Source: Longimicrobiales bacterium (GTDB lineage: Bacteria > Gemmatimonadota > Gemmatimonadetes > Longimicrobiales > Gaopeijiaceae). From it: a stretch of DNA of 64,000 nucleotides. This document shows, in pieces, positions 19,905 through 29,717 of this stretch. Position 1 is the first letter of the stretch. Every line of letters starts with the position of its first letter. The DNA is taken from positions 134,530 to 198,529 of the forward strand of contig JAWLHJ010000006.1 of the NCBI GenBank assembly GCA_041690395.1, given 5' to 3'. The translations under genes were made by a program, and so were the position numbers. The notes under the pieces were generated by a model, which saw only the letters and a program-made list of their open reading frames with translations, made no database searches and was not told where the DNA came from.

Positions 19905-20882
19905 TCACTCGAAGCTCCCGGGCACGGCTTCGAACATGCGCGCGGCCATCTCGTCGGCGGACTGCATGGTCGACAGGTCCAGCTCGAAGTCGGGACGCTC
20001 TCCCGGCTCCAGCTTCTCGAGGAACTCGCGCGCTTCCCGTGGGGAGAGCCCGCAGTCGGCCAGCGCGTCCATGTCGAGGTCGGCGCCGGACCGCGCTCGG
20101 ACCCCGTCCTCCCCGGCCTCGAGGAGACGCGCCAGCGCCCGGCGCTCGCCCAGGCTGAACGACTCGCCGCCCAGGTCGTAGTCGACCCAGGCCTCGTAGC
20201 TGAGCGGCGCGACCCGCTTGACCATTCCCGCGATCACCTCGGCGAACACCCGAATCTCGTACTGCGCCCGGGGATCGACGCGGAGCGACAGGAAGTGCAG
20301 CAGGTTGTGGAGGTCGACCTTCCAATACCACTGCGTATAGGTGGACACCGGCAGGTCGATGCGCGCGATCTCCCGGGCGACGTCCTCCTCCAGCAGCCAT
20401 CCGTAGGTCCCGCCCGCGTCCGCCCGTAGGCGCTCCCACCGCTCGACCGCCTCGCGGTAGATCTCGGGCGCGGCGTCGCCCTCCCGACCCTGCTTGTTGG
20501 ACCGGCTCTGGAGCGCGAAGTGCTCCTGGTCGGGCGTATAGAAGAGGAGCGGCATGAGCGAGTACCTGGCCGACATCTCGTTCACCGACGCGGTCCGATG
20601 CCGGATCCACTGGCGGGCCACGAACATCGGCATCGCGCAGTGGAACTTGAGCTCGACCATCTCGGACGGAGTCGTGTGCCGGTGCCGGCGGAGGTAGCGC
20701 AGGAGGCCGCGGGTCTGGGAGACCTTCCGCGTGCCGAAGCCGTAGCTGACGCGAGCGGCCCGCTCGACGTCCTCGTCGGAGCCCATGTAGTCCACGAGCG
20801 AGACGAAGCCGTGATCGAGGACGGGGAAATATCCGCCGACGATGTCCTCGGCGGCGGCGATGGTCGGGCGTCGGGTTTCCAT
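19905..20882 (-). CDS. thyX: FAD-dependent thymidylate synthase
   Basis: AARVSY, RHRTASVNEMSARY signature, REIARIDLP, AQYEIR. Confidence 0.95.
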   Translation of the reverse strand: METRRPTIAAAEDIVGGYFPVLDHGFVSLVDYMGSDEDVERAARVSYGFGTRKVSQTRGLLRYLRRHRHTTPSEMVELKFHCAMPMFVARQWIRHRTASVNEMSARYSLMPLLFYTPDQEHFALQSRSNKQGREGDAAPEIYREAVERWERLRADAGGTYGWLLEEDVAREIARIDLPVSTYTQWYWKVDLHNLLHFLSLRVDPRAQYEIRVFAEVIAGMVKRVAPLSYEAWVDYDLGGESFSLGERRALARLLEAGEDGVRARSGADLDMDALADCGLSPREAREFLEKLEPGERPDFELDLSTMQSADEMAARMFEAVPGSFE

Positions 20883-20958
20883 GGCGCTCGGTTGATGAGA
20901 GACGAGGTCGCTCGAATCTCGGCCGGGGGCGCTCGCGATGGAAGGGTGGTCGTCCTAT

Positions 20959-22752
20959 CTAGAACGTCTCCGGACCCAACCCGTACCAGTAGCTCCGACG
21001 CACCTCGGGATTGAAGAACCCGGATCGGAACTTGTTGAGCTCGAAGGTGAGCCGGAACATGGGGCTCTCTCCAGCGGAGCCGACGGGAAACACCACGTCG
21101 GCTCGCCAGATGTGCCGGGTTCCCGGCGGCAGTCCGATCCGGAGGCCGAAGCCCACCGACCCCTGCCATCCCGAGTCGACGCCGTAGGGAACGTCTCCGG
21201 GAAGCATCCGGCCGGCCTCGCCGAACACCGTGGCGCCGAGGTCCAGCGTGCTCGGACCGGGCCATGGGAAGGCGATCCGGTCCTCGAGCACCAGAAGGAG
21301 CATGCGCCCGCCCGGCAGGAGATCCTCGGGCAGCGCCCGCACGGCTTCCCTCCCGCCCAGGGACAGCTGGTAGGGGACCTGCGTGTTCCAACCCCCACCG
21401 ACGGCGGCCCGCGCGAACCAGGTCTGGCCCGGGAGGAGCCGGGTGCGCCCGTAGAACACCAGGTCGGCCGAGCCCAGCACGTCACGCCAGTGCCCGTCCT
21501 CGTGCCTGGCTTCCCACGTCGTACCGCCGTGGAGGAGCGACGCGCCGAGCGGGGCCGTGAAGCTGAAGTGCGTGCGGGCCACCCAGTCCTCTCGGCTCTC
21601 GACGCCGCTCGGACCCGGCACGGGTAGGCCCCGGGCCAGGCTCACCCCGGCGAACAGGCCGAGCCCGACGGTCTGGCGGTCGCGCACGCCGTCGAGGCCC
21701 ACGTAGTCCTCGTACCGGAATCGCCGTGTGCCGAGGTGCAACCCCAGGCGCGTGGCCGAGCCCGCCCGCCACTGCCTCGCCATCGGGGCGGGAGGAGCGA
21801 CCCCGAGCGGCGCCCGCTCGTCGTACCCCTCGTCGAGCGTGACCTCGGCGGGCTGGTCGAAGCGCACCACGTCGCGGGTCAGGCTCGCTCCGACGATGAT
21901 CGACGCACCGGGGTCCCCGAGCCGCCGGGCGGCCGAGAGCTCGATCTGCTCCTTGAACACCGGGACGAGGACGCGCGTGTACTCCTCCTGCCCGCCGGTG
22001 GAGTAGGCGAAGAAGTCCGTCCCCCGCCTGTAGCCTTCCCGGATCGCCACCGTGCCGGCTTCACCCACGAACGGATAGCGCACGTGCTGGTCGAAGAAGT
22101 GCCCCGACCGGGACTTCCCCCAGGCGATGCCAGCGTCCGAGCGTCCGAAGAAGCGCGGAGTCGAGACGCCGAAGGAGTGCGTGCGGGTCTCCCGGCGGTT
22201 GAGGAAGGTGAACTCGCCGAAGACCCCGTGCCCCAGGAAGTTCTCCTCCGTCACCTGGAGCCGCTCGACGTTGGTGCCCTCGTCGTACGTCACGCCGAGG
22301 TCGACCTTGGTGGACCACTCGTCGCGTGTGGTGACCATGGCGACATGACCGCCGTTCCCATCGGGCCGCGAAGTGATGCGGGCGTCGGTCAGAAACCCGT
22401 ACTGATCCAGGAGGCGCTCGGACTCGGAGAGGAGAAACGGGTCGAAGCAGTCGCCCTCCTCGAACAGGAGCTCCCGCTCGATGAACGATTCCTGCGTGTT
22501 GACGTGCAGGGCGTTGGCGAACGAGTAGGCGAGCGAGACGACCTGGTAGGGAGCGCCCTCCGGATCGAAGATCGAGCGGCTGGTGATCTCGACGGACGTG
22601 ATCCGGCCCGGGGCACAGGCGTCATCTTCCACGGCCCCGGCTCGTTCATCGGCGGAAGATGCGACGTTCCCGTCCTGCGCCGCCGCGGGCGTTCCCAGCG
22701 AAAGGACAGCCCAAGCGACCGCCAGGCACACGAAGACCGCCCCCGGCTCCAT
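20959..22752 (-). CDS. Omp85/BamA-TamA-like outer-membrane protein
   Basis: Signal peptide, POTRA-like IERELLFEEGD..ESERLL, EENFLGHG, late LGGREAVRA, terminal Phe; start uncertain. Confidence 0.7.
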   Translation of the reverse strand: MEPGAVFVCLAVAWAVLSLGTPAAAQDGNVASSADERAGAVEDDACAPGRITSVEITSRSIFDPEGAPYQVVSLAYSFANALHVNTQESFIERELLFEEGDCFDPFLLSESERLLDQYGFLTDARITSRPDGNGGHVAMVTTRDEWSTKVDLGVTYDEGTNVERLQVTEENFLGHGVFGEFTFLNRRETRTHSFGVSTPRFFGRSDAGIAWGKSRSGHFFDQHVRYPFVGEAGTVAIREGYRRGTDFFAYSTGGQEEYTRVLVPVFKEQIELSAARRLGDPGASIIVGASLTRDVVRFDQPAEVTLDEGYDERAPLGVAPPAPMARQWRAGSATRLGLHLGTRRFRYEDYVGLDGVRDRQTVGLGLFAGVSLARGLPVPGPSGVESREDWVARTHFSFTAPLGASLLHGGTTWEARHEDGHWRDVLGSADLVFYGRTRLLPGQTWFARAAVGGGWNTQVPYQLSLGGREAVRALPEDLLPGGRMLLLVLEDRIAFPWPGPSTLDLGATVFGEAGRMLPGDVPYGVDSGWQGSVGFGLRIGLPPGTRHIWRADVVFPVGSAGESPMFRLTFELNKFRSGFFNPEVRRSYWYGLGPETF

Positions 22753-22912
22753 GCCCAGGAGGGTGCGCCGACGGTGCGGCGGAGTGCGAAGGGAGTCGAA
22801 ATGCGTCAAGGTTTTCTCGGGTGGCACGGGTCTTCCAGGGTTGCCACCGCCGCCCATCATTGGATACCGTTTTCCGCCCTCTGAGTTGCGCCTTCTCGCG
22901 CCACATCCCGGA

Positions 22913-24535
22913 ATGCCAGCATTGATCTCATTGCTCTACGGCGTCGCAGCCGTCTTCGGCGCGGCCTTCGCCGCCATCGAGCTGCGCATGCTCTACCGGT
23001 TCCTCACGAACCGGGCGGACATCCGTGCGGGGGCGAGCGCGTACGATCAAGAAGCTCACGGCCCGGACGGGGCGCAAGAGGACGTGACGCCAACCGTTAC
23101 CATCCAGATCCCTCTTTATAACGAACGAACCTCGGCGGAGCAGATCGTGCGCGCCGCGGCCGCTCAGGACTACCCGCGGGACCGGTTCGACATCCAGGTC
23201 CTCGACGACTCGACGGACGAGACCAGCGAGATCGTGGCCGCCGTGGTGGAGGAGGTTCTCGCGGAGGGCATACGGATCGAGCATATCCGGCGAGAGCACC
23301 GCACGGGTTACAAGGCCGGCGCGCTGAGCGAGGGGCTGGAGCGCTCGGACGCCCGCTTCGTCGCGCTCTTCGACGCCGATTTCGTGCCGGAGCCCGGCTT
23401 CCTGCGCGCGCTTCTGGTCGACGACCGGCCCTTCGACGACCCCACCGTGGCCTTCGTCCAGGCCCGCTGGTCGTGGGCCAGGGGCTTCGACCGCCTGCTC
23501 CCCTCCGCGCTGTCCCTCCTGCTCGACCGCCACTTCGCGATCCAGAAGCCGACGCAGGAGTTCGTCGGGAACGTCACGACGTTCAACGGATCGGCCGGGA
23601 TCTGGCGTCGGGCGGCGATCGACGACGCCGGGGGTTGGACCGCCGATACGCTCACGGAGGACCTGGACCTGAGCTACCGCTGCGCGCTCCGGGGATGGCA
23701 TGGCCGGTACGTCCAGAGCGTCCACGTTCCGAACGAGCTCCCCGAGCACATGCGGGCGTTCAAGCTCCAGCAGCGGCGGTGGGCGAAGGGGAACGCCCAG
23801 TGCTTCCGCAAGCTCACTGGGCGAGTGCTGGGCTCCGGAAGCGTCGTCCGTGACCGCCTCGACGAGGCCTTCGTCCTGGCGGGCTACGCCATCCACCCGC
23901 TGCTGCTCATGAGCCTCGTGCTCTGGCCATGGGCCGTGCTGTACGTCGACCGGACGCTGTTCTGGGTCCTGCAGGCGCTCATGTCGCTCGGCATGATCGC
24001 GGCGGTCCTGAGCTTCTTCGTCACCGTCCAGGAGCGGGACCGACGTCTCTCCCTCCGGTCCGTGGGCGAGGTCCTGTTCGGGATGGGGGTCGGCATGGGA
24101 CTCATGGTGAACAACACCGTCGGGCAGATCCAGGGCTTCTTCCAGACGGGCGGCGAGTTCCTCCGCACGCCGAAGGGGACGGCCCTGGCCTCGGGCGGGG
24201 CGGGAGCCGATGCCCCACCGACCACGGGCTCCGCGGATGCCGGTGCGGGGGCGGCGGGCGCGAGTGATCCCGCCGCCGGAGCCGCGGCGACTGGTCCCGC
24301 TGCCGCGCGGGCCGCCGTCGCGCCGGCGAGGCGCGTCCGGCCGAAAGCCTACGCCAGCCCGCTCGACTGGACCTTCTTCGCCGAGATCATGGTGATGGCC
24401 TACTGCGCCTTCGGTGCGGTCCTCCTGATTCAATCAGGCGAGGCGTTCTGGTCCATGCCGATGTTCATGTGGGCCCTCTGCATGGGCCTCATGGTGCAGC
24501 AGCAGATGGTGGTCCCGCGGCCGGCCGAAGCCTGA
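22913..24535 (+). CDS. Processive GT2 glycosyltransferase (cellulose-synthase-like)
   Basis: QIPLYNE, DDSTD, GYKAGAL, FDADF, LTEDLD, QQRRW; C-terminal TM helices. Confidence 0.92.
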   Translation: MPALISLLYGVAAVFGAAFAAIELRMLYRFLTNRADIRAGASAYDQEAHGPDGAQEDVTPTVTIQIPLYNERTSAEQIVRAAAAQDYPRDRFDIQVLDDSTDETSEIVAAVVEEVLAEGIRIEHIRREHRTGYKAGALSEGLERSDARFVALFDADFVPEPGFLRALLVDDRPFDDPTVAFVQARWSWARGFDRLLPSALSLLLDRHFAIQKPTQEFVGNVTTFNGSAGIWRRAAIDDAGGWTADTLTEDLDLSYRCALRGWHGRYVQSVHVPNELPEHMRAFKLQQRRWAKGNAQCFRKLTGRVLGSGSVVRDRLDEAFVLAGYAIHPLLLMSLVLWPWAVLYVDRTLFWVLQALMSLGMIAAVLSFFVTVQERDRRLSLRSVGEVLFGMGVGMGLMVNNTVGQIQGFFQTGGEFLRTPKGTALASGGAGADAPPTTGSADAGAGAAGASDPAAGAAATGPAAARAAVAPARRVRPKAYASPLDWTFFAEIMVMAYCAFGAVLLIQSGEAFWSMPMFMWALCMGLMVQQQMVVPRPAEA

Positions 24536-24564
24536 CGGCCGGGCGGCGACCGGAGGTCGTGCCC

Positions 24565-25452
24565 GTGGACTTCGAGCACCCGGGTGGGCGTGGATACCTG
24601 ACCATGGCCGTGGGCCGGCCGCGGTATCTGGAGATGGCCGTCGATATGGCGCTTTCGCTGCGGCATCAGGCGACCGACCCCGTCGCACTGGCCGCCGACG
24701 AGGGCCTCGCCCGGCTCGCACGGGAGCGGTACAGCCCCGTCTTCGACGTGGTGACGGAGATCCCCGCGCGCTTCCTCGAAGGGCGGGCCATCAAGTACGG
24801 CTCCGCGGCGGCCTCTCCGTTCGCCGAGACCATGTTCGTGGACTCCGACTGCTTCGTCCTCGGCTCGCTCGACTATCTATGGGCCGGCCTCGACGACGCC
24901 GACGTGGCCATGCTCGGCGAGCTCCTCACCGACGAGCAGGACGAGAACCATCACGGCTTCTCGACCCGCCGCCTCATGCGGAAGTTCGGTCTCGACCGCT
25001 ACCTGAAGACCAACAGCGGCGTCTTCTGCTTCCGGACCGAGCCCGCACGGCCGGTCATGGAGGAGTGCCTCGCCGTATTCAGCGGGGAGATCCGGCGGAA
25101 GCTCAAGGGCGGCATCCTCCGTGGCGGCTGGGTGGGTGACGAGATCGGCTTCGGGGTCGTCGGCGGCCGGCGCCGGCTCGGGACGCTCCCCCTCCCGCAC
25201 GCGATGTACTGGCCGCAGGAGTTCGCCGCCCTGGACCTCGATCGTCCCACGAAGCCGCTCCTCCACTTCATCTGGCCGCCGGAGCCGGACGTGCTCGACC
25301 GGCTGCTCGCGGACGCCACCCGTCGGCGCGAGTCCGCCGGCGTACCGACGACCGAGCACGAGCACTGGCTCGAAGAGGTCGCGAGCCTCCGTAAGATGGC
25401 GCGGCGGAGGCGGCTGCTGGAGCGGCTCAAGATCTGGAAGACGCGGGTCTGA
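24565..25452 (+). CDS. GT-A fold (GT8-like) glycosyltransferase
   Basis: SPFAETMFVDSDC (DxD), NSGVFCF, GDE, LLHF; GTG start after GGAGG. Confidence 0.7.
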   Translation: MDFEHPGGRGYLTMAVGRPRYLEMAVDMALSLRHQATDPVALAADEGLARLARERYSPVFDVVTEIPARFLEGRAIKYGSAAASPFAETMFVDSDCFVLGSLDYLWAGLDDADVAMLGELLTDEQDENHHGFSTRRLMRKFGLDRYLKTNSGVFCFRTEPARPVMEECLAVFSGEIRRKLKGGILRGGWVGDEIGFGVVGGRRRLGTLPLPHAMYWPQEFAALDLDRPTKPLLHFIWPPEPDVLDRLLADATRRRESAGVPTTEHEHWLEEVASLRKMARRRRLLERLKIWKTRV

Positions 25453-25453
25453 T

Positions 25454-25821
25454 CTAGAAGGGTGTTGAGGTCCCGTGGCATGGATCTCCCTCCGGTCGAT
25501 CGTCCCGCGGAAGACCCGGCGGGCCCAGACCCTGGACTGGGCCGCTCGGCTCGAGCGACGATGCAGCTCCCCCAGCCGCGTTGCTCCTCCTCGACGTAGC
25601 GGTGCTACGCCTCGTCGTCCGCCCGCGTTTGCAGGGCGGGGCGGCATCTCGATGGCGTCAATTCGCACAACGGTGGCCTGACGATGGTGGTCTGGCGACT
25701 TGACCGCCCCATGCGGCGGGAAAGTGACTCGCCAGTGACCGGCGCCCGCGCGCCTGGGCGATTCGACGCCGCATCCGGCGGAAAAGCCGACATGGCACCA
25801 AGGGACCGCACACGAATGCAG
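25454..25821. repeat. Degenerate MITE-like structured intergenic element
   Basis: Starts CTAG..GTGTTGAGGTCCCGTGGCATG with a weak inverse at 25791-25821; contains the CGTAGC-N3-GCTACG hairpin core also seen in 1114-1420. Confidence 0.5.
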
Positions 25822-25938
25822 GGTCTTCACCGCGGTCGGGGCCTGACCGAGCCCGCCGCGGTCGGGGGTGGCAGAGCCCGCCGCGGTAGTCCCCGTTCTA
25901 CGGAGCGGGGCGCCCCGCCAGGCGTGTGCAAAGCTTCC

Positions 25939-27714
25939 CTACGGCACCGGCACCCAGTCGGTCTGCGCCGTGCCGCCCTTCGTCGACATCACGGTCACCC
26001 GTAGCCGGGTCGTGTCGCCCGTAGACCGCACGACCCAGCTCACCGTCCGGCTCGACGACTCGAGCGCCTCCAGGAACGGGTTCGTCCCCCGCAGGTGCGG
26101 AATCCGGACGCGCGCCTGGCCCTCCTGTACCTCGCCTCCCTCCAGGTCGAGAACGACCCAGGGCGACTCGACGATCTGCTGCGACACGAGCCCGTCCTCG
26201 CCGGGATTCCCGACCACGCCGCGGTCGGTCAGGCTCGTGGGCAGGTAGCCGGTGTTCGCGACCGTGACGTCCACCCGGTAGGCACCGCCGCCGACCGACG
26301 TCACCGTCGGACGGGACACCTCGACCATGGGCGACTGCTCCGCCAGGTACAGGATCCAGTGGAGCTGTTTCTCGGTCTCGGCCTCGAGGAACTCGGGCGG
26401 CGGATTCTGGCCCCAGAACTTGGTGAGCCAGCCGCCGATCTCCACGGCGCCGAGGTCGGGGTGGTCGTACGGCTCCCAGTCCACGAAGTACCGGCCGTCC
26501 AACTCCTCGTCGTTGAAGCGGTGCTCCTCCGCGGCGCTGATCTCCCCGTCGCCGTCGTAGTCGGTGACCCATTCCTCCGGCCCGGGCGAGAACTCCGGCA
26601 CCCATCCGATGATGCCCTGGTCCCAGAACCCCCACGAGATGAGCGTACCGTAGCGGTGCTCCGTGGGATGCGTGGAGCTCGGAATGACGGGACGACCCGT
26701 GGAGCGCGTGTACTCCTCCCCGAGCTCGATGATCAGGGACAGATCCACGTCCGGGAAATCCGGAGGTGACACCGCCGACGGCAGCCTGTAGACGAACCCG
26801 CCCGCCGTGTGGCCGTGCACGATGCCCGTGATGTTCCGGTGGGCGTTGATGAACTCGACCGCGGCGCGCGTCTCCGGCTCGGACAGCGGGAAATCGCCCG
26901 AGCCCGGCTGCAGATGCCACCGCTCCCAGTTCCGCGGATAGTTCCGGTTCATGTCGATGCCGCCGACCCCGTCCTCGTTGATCCGTCCGTCGCCGTCCTC
27001 GTCGATCCCCTCGCGAAGCAGGGCGTACCGCGGGCCGGAAAGCTCATGGTCCTCGTCCTCGATCAAGATGCGCTCGTCCGAGGGATCGACGACCCAGTCG
27101 CCGTCCGGGTCGGGCACGCGCATGTGGGTGATCCACCCGTCTCCGTTCAGGTCCGTCGGAGGATCCTCGTCGGCGAAGCCGTCCTCGTCCTCGTCGATGG
27201 GGCGCGGCGTGCTGCGCATGAACTGGTCGTGGATCAGCACCAGATCCGAGCCGTCCGGGTTGAACTTCGGACGCACGTAAAACGCGCGGGTGTCCAGGAG
27301 ATCCGTGATACGCGGGTCCTCGCCATACCCGTTCAGCAGATGCCCGACGACGTGCGTGGCCACCGAGGAGCCGGTGAGCTCCTGGGCGTGTATCCCCCCG
27401 TCGACGTAAAGAGCAGGCTTCACCGACGCGGGCCCGGTGGCCTCGTTCGTGATCTCCATGACCATGAGCGGCTGACCGAAGATGCTCGTGCCGATGGAAT
27501 ACAGCTCCGTGAGCTCCGGATACAGCTCGTGGAGCTCGGCCAGGAGCTGGTTGGTCTCGGCGGCAGTATAGAAGCGGTTCCAGTCGATCGCTCCGTCGGG
27601 GCCGACGAGGGCGCGTTCCTGGGCGGACGCCTGCGTGGGGCCGGCCACGAGCAGGATCGTGGCGAGCGCGGCGGTGACCAACGCGGCGCCGAGCCGCGAG
27701 AACGTGCGAAGCAT
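25939..27714 (-). CDS. Secreted M14 zinc carboxypeptidase
   Basis: Signal peptide, GGIHAQE, NPDG, DMNRNY, SEPET, HGH; several DxDGDG loops. Confidence 0.9.
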   Translation of the reverse strand: MLRTFSRLGAALVTAALATILLVAGPTQASAQERALVGPDGAIDWNRFYTAAETNQLLAELHELYPELTELYSIGTSIFGQPLMVMEITNEATGPASVKPALYVDGGIHAQELTGSSVATHVVGHLLNGYGEDPRITDLLDTRAFYVRPKFNPDGSDLVLIHDQFMRSTPRPIDEDEDGFADEDPPTDLNGDGWITHMRVPDPDGDWVVDPSDERILIEDEDHELSGPRYALLREGIDEDGDGRINEDGVGGIDMNRNYPRNWERWHLQPGSGDFPLSEPETRAAVEFINAHRNITGIVHGHTAGGFVYRLPSAVSPPDFPDVDLSLIIELGEEYTRSTGRPVIPSSTHPTEHRYGTLISWGFWDQGIIGWVPEFSPGPEEWVTDYDGDGEISAAEEHRFNDEELDGRYFVDWEPYDHPDLGAVEIGGWLTKFWGQNPPPEFLEAETEKQLHWILYLAEQSPMVEVSRPTVTSVGGGAYRVDVTVANTGYLPTSLTDRGVVGNPGEDGLVSQQIVESPWVVLDLEGGEVQEGQARVRIPHLRGTNPFLEALESSSRTVSWVVRSTGDTTRLRVTVMSTKGGTAQTDWVPVP

Positions 27715-27806
27715 CGAGCTGTCTCCTCTCCCTGGACTCCACGATCGGAGTCCGGAGTCTATCTCCCGGTGACCCGCGGCGCACGCCTCGGTCTACGGTG
27801 CACGCC

Positions 27807-29717
27807 TCAGTCCTCGGCCGGCATCTCGTCGCCGAACTGGGCGCGGTAGAGCTCCATGAACGCGGTGCTTCGGCCGAGGAGCTCGTCCCAGCTGCCCTGC
27901 TCGACGACGCGCCCGTCCTTCATGACAAGAATCAGATCGGCGTCGCGGATGGTCGACAGCCTGTGCGCGATGACCAGGAGCGTGCGTCCCCGGGCCCGCT
28001 GCTGGATGGCGCGCGCCACCCTTTGCTCCACCACGCTGTCGAGGGCCGACGTGGCTTCGTCGAGGATGAGGATCTGCGGATCGCGGAGTAGCGCCCGCGC
28101 GAGGGCCACCCGCTGCCGCTGCCCGCCGGAGAGCCTGACGCCCCGGTCGCCCAGCTCGGTGTCGAGCCTGTCGGGGAGCTGGTCGAGAAAGGCGCCCAGC
28201 TCCACGTCGGTGAGCGCCCGCACGAGCTCCTCGTCGGGCACGTCGCGCTCGAGCCCGAACACGAGGTTGTCCCGCAGCGTGCGGTTCAGGAGCCATACGT
28301 CCTGGCTGACGATGGCCATCGCCCGGTGCAGCGACGAGAGCGAGAAGTCCCGGATGTCGGCGTCGTCGAGGAAGATCGACCCCGGCGGGCAGTCGTAGAA
28401 CCGCGCGACCAGATCGGCGAAGGTCGTCTTGCCGGCCCCGCTCTCGCCCACGATGGCGGTCACCTTGCCCGCCCGGATCTCGGTCGAGATATCCTTCAGG
28501 GTGTCTTCGCCCGGCTGGTACCGGAAGGTGAGGCCGCGGACCGAGATGCCCCGGTCGAGCCGCTCGAAGGGCCGTGATCCGCCGGGCACGATGAACTTCC
28601 CGTCGTCCGTGAACAGGTCGCCCAGGGCGTCCAGCTTCGGGACCTCCTCGGCCACCTTCACGCTGAACAGGCTCAGGTACTTGTAGTCGGGCAGCGCCTG
28701 CTGGAGGATCAGCAGGAACGCCCCGAACGCCGCGAGATCACCGGGACGGAAGTCGCCGGCCAGATAGATCACGACGCCCTGCACGATCAACATGACGACG
28801 AGGATCAGGATCTCCTCGAGCGGATACCGCAGGCTCACCACGCGGTCGCGGCGCACGGCCACGTCCTGACGCTGCCTCAGCACCTCGGTGTACGCGTCCG
28901 ACGCCGTCCGCTCCTGCGAGTAGGCCTTCACCAGGGGGATCGACCCGAGGATGTCGAGGATGCGGGACCGCAGCCGCCGATCGACCTCGATGGCCTCCCG
29001 GGAGATCCGCTGAGCCGCGCGGTTGATGACGCGCATGAGCCCGCCCACCACGGGAAGCATGACGATGAAGGCGATGGACAGCGGCAGCGAGATGGCGACC
29101 ATGACGCCGGCCTTCACCACCAGCCCGACCGCGTAGCGGAACAGCTCTTCGGCGGCCTCGAGCAGTCCGAGCACGGCGCTCGACCAGCTGATCTCGGCGT
29201 CGATCCGTCCGATGGAGTTGCGGTCGAAGTACTGGCGCCCGAAGCCGAGCACCCGGCCGAACGTCTCCTCGCCCACGGCCACCCGGTACCGCTCGCTGCG
29301 CGCCACGACGTAGAGCTTGCGCCCGTAGTCCACCACCAGCTTCCCGATGCGCCCCAGGATGACGAGGCCGACCGTGACGACCACCAGGTACGCGTCGCGA
29401 TTGGGGCCGTCCGCGACCGAGTCGGGCAGGAGGAGGGTGATCCACCCGAACACCCTCGAATCGTCCAGGAAGTCGAAGGAGTTCTCGGCCACCGCGTCGG
29501 TGAGCGGGACGAGCAGCGAGAACGAGGCCGCTTCGAACGCGCCGGCGAGGAGCACCAGTACGATGGGGATGACCAGCTCGCGGACCCGCACGCCGGCGAC
29601 ACGCCAGTAGTGGCGGAGCACGCCCATGGCGTCGGGCCGGACGTTCGGCGAGGCATCCAAGCCGACGCTCGGGTCGAAGTCTGCGTCCAGGTGGGCGCTC
29701 GGGATGGCGTTGCTCAT
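27807..29717 (-). CDS. ABC exporter, fused permease and ATPase (MsbA/PglK-like glycan flippase)
   Basis: TM domain, GESGAGKT, LSGGQRQR, LDEATSALD, IAHRLSTI; overlaps the upstream glycosyltransferase stop. Confidence 0.92.
   Translation of the reverse strand: MSNAIPSAHLDADFDPSVGLDASPNVRPDAMGVLRHYWRVAGVRVRELVIPIVLVLLAGAFEAASFSLLVPLTDAVAENSFDFLDDSRVFGWITLLLPDSVADGPNRDAYLVVVTVGLVILGRIGKLVVDYGRKLYVVARSERYRVAVGEETFGRVLGFGRQYFDRNSIGRIDAEISWSSAVLGLLEAAEELFRYAVGLVVKAGVMVAISLPLSIAFIVMLPVVGGLMRVINRAAQRISREAIEVDRRLRSRILDILGSIPLVKAYSQERTASDAYTEVLRQRQDVAVRRDRVVSLRYPLEEILILVVMLIVQGVVIYLAGDFRPGDLAAFGAFLLILQQALPDYKYLSLFSVKVAEEVPKLDALGDLFTDDGKFIVPGGSRPFERLDRGISVRGLTFRYQPGEDTLKDISTEIRAGKVTAIVGESGAGKTTFADLVARFYDCPPGSIFLDDADIRDFSLSSLHRAMAIVSQDVWLLNRTLRDNLVFGLERDVPDEELVRALTDVELGAFLDQLPDRLDTELGDRGVRLSGGQRQRVALARALLRDPQILILDEATSALDSVVEQRVARAIQQRARGRTLLVIAHRLSTIRDADLILVMKDGRVVEQGSWDELLGRSTAFMELYRAQFGDEMPAED

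Noticed and set aside
26500..27200. DxDGDG repeats in the M14 peptidase as a novel repeat
   Set aside because: Ordinary calcium-binding-type loops within the peptidase.
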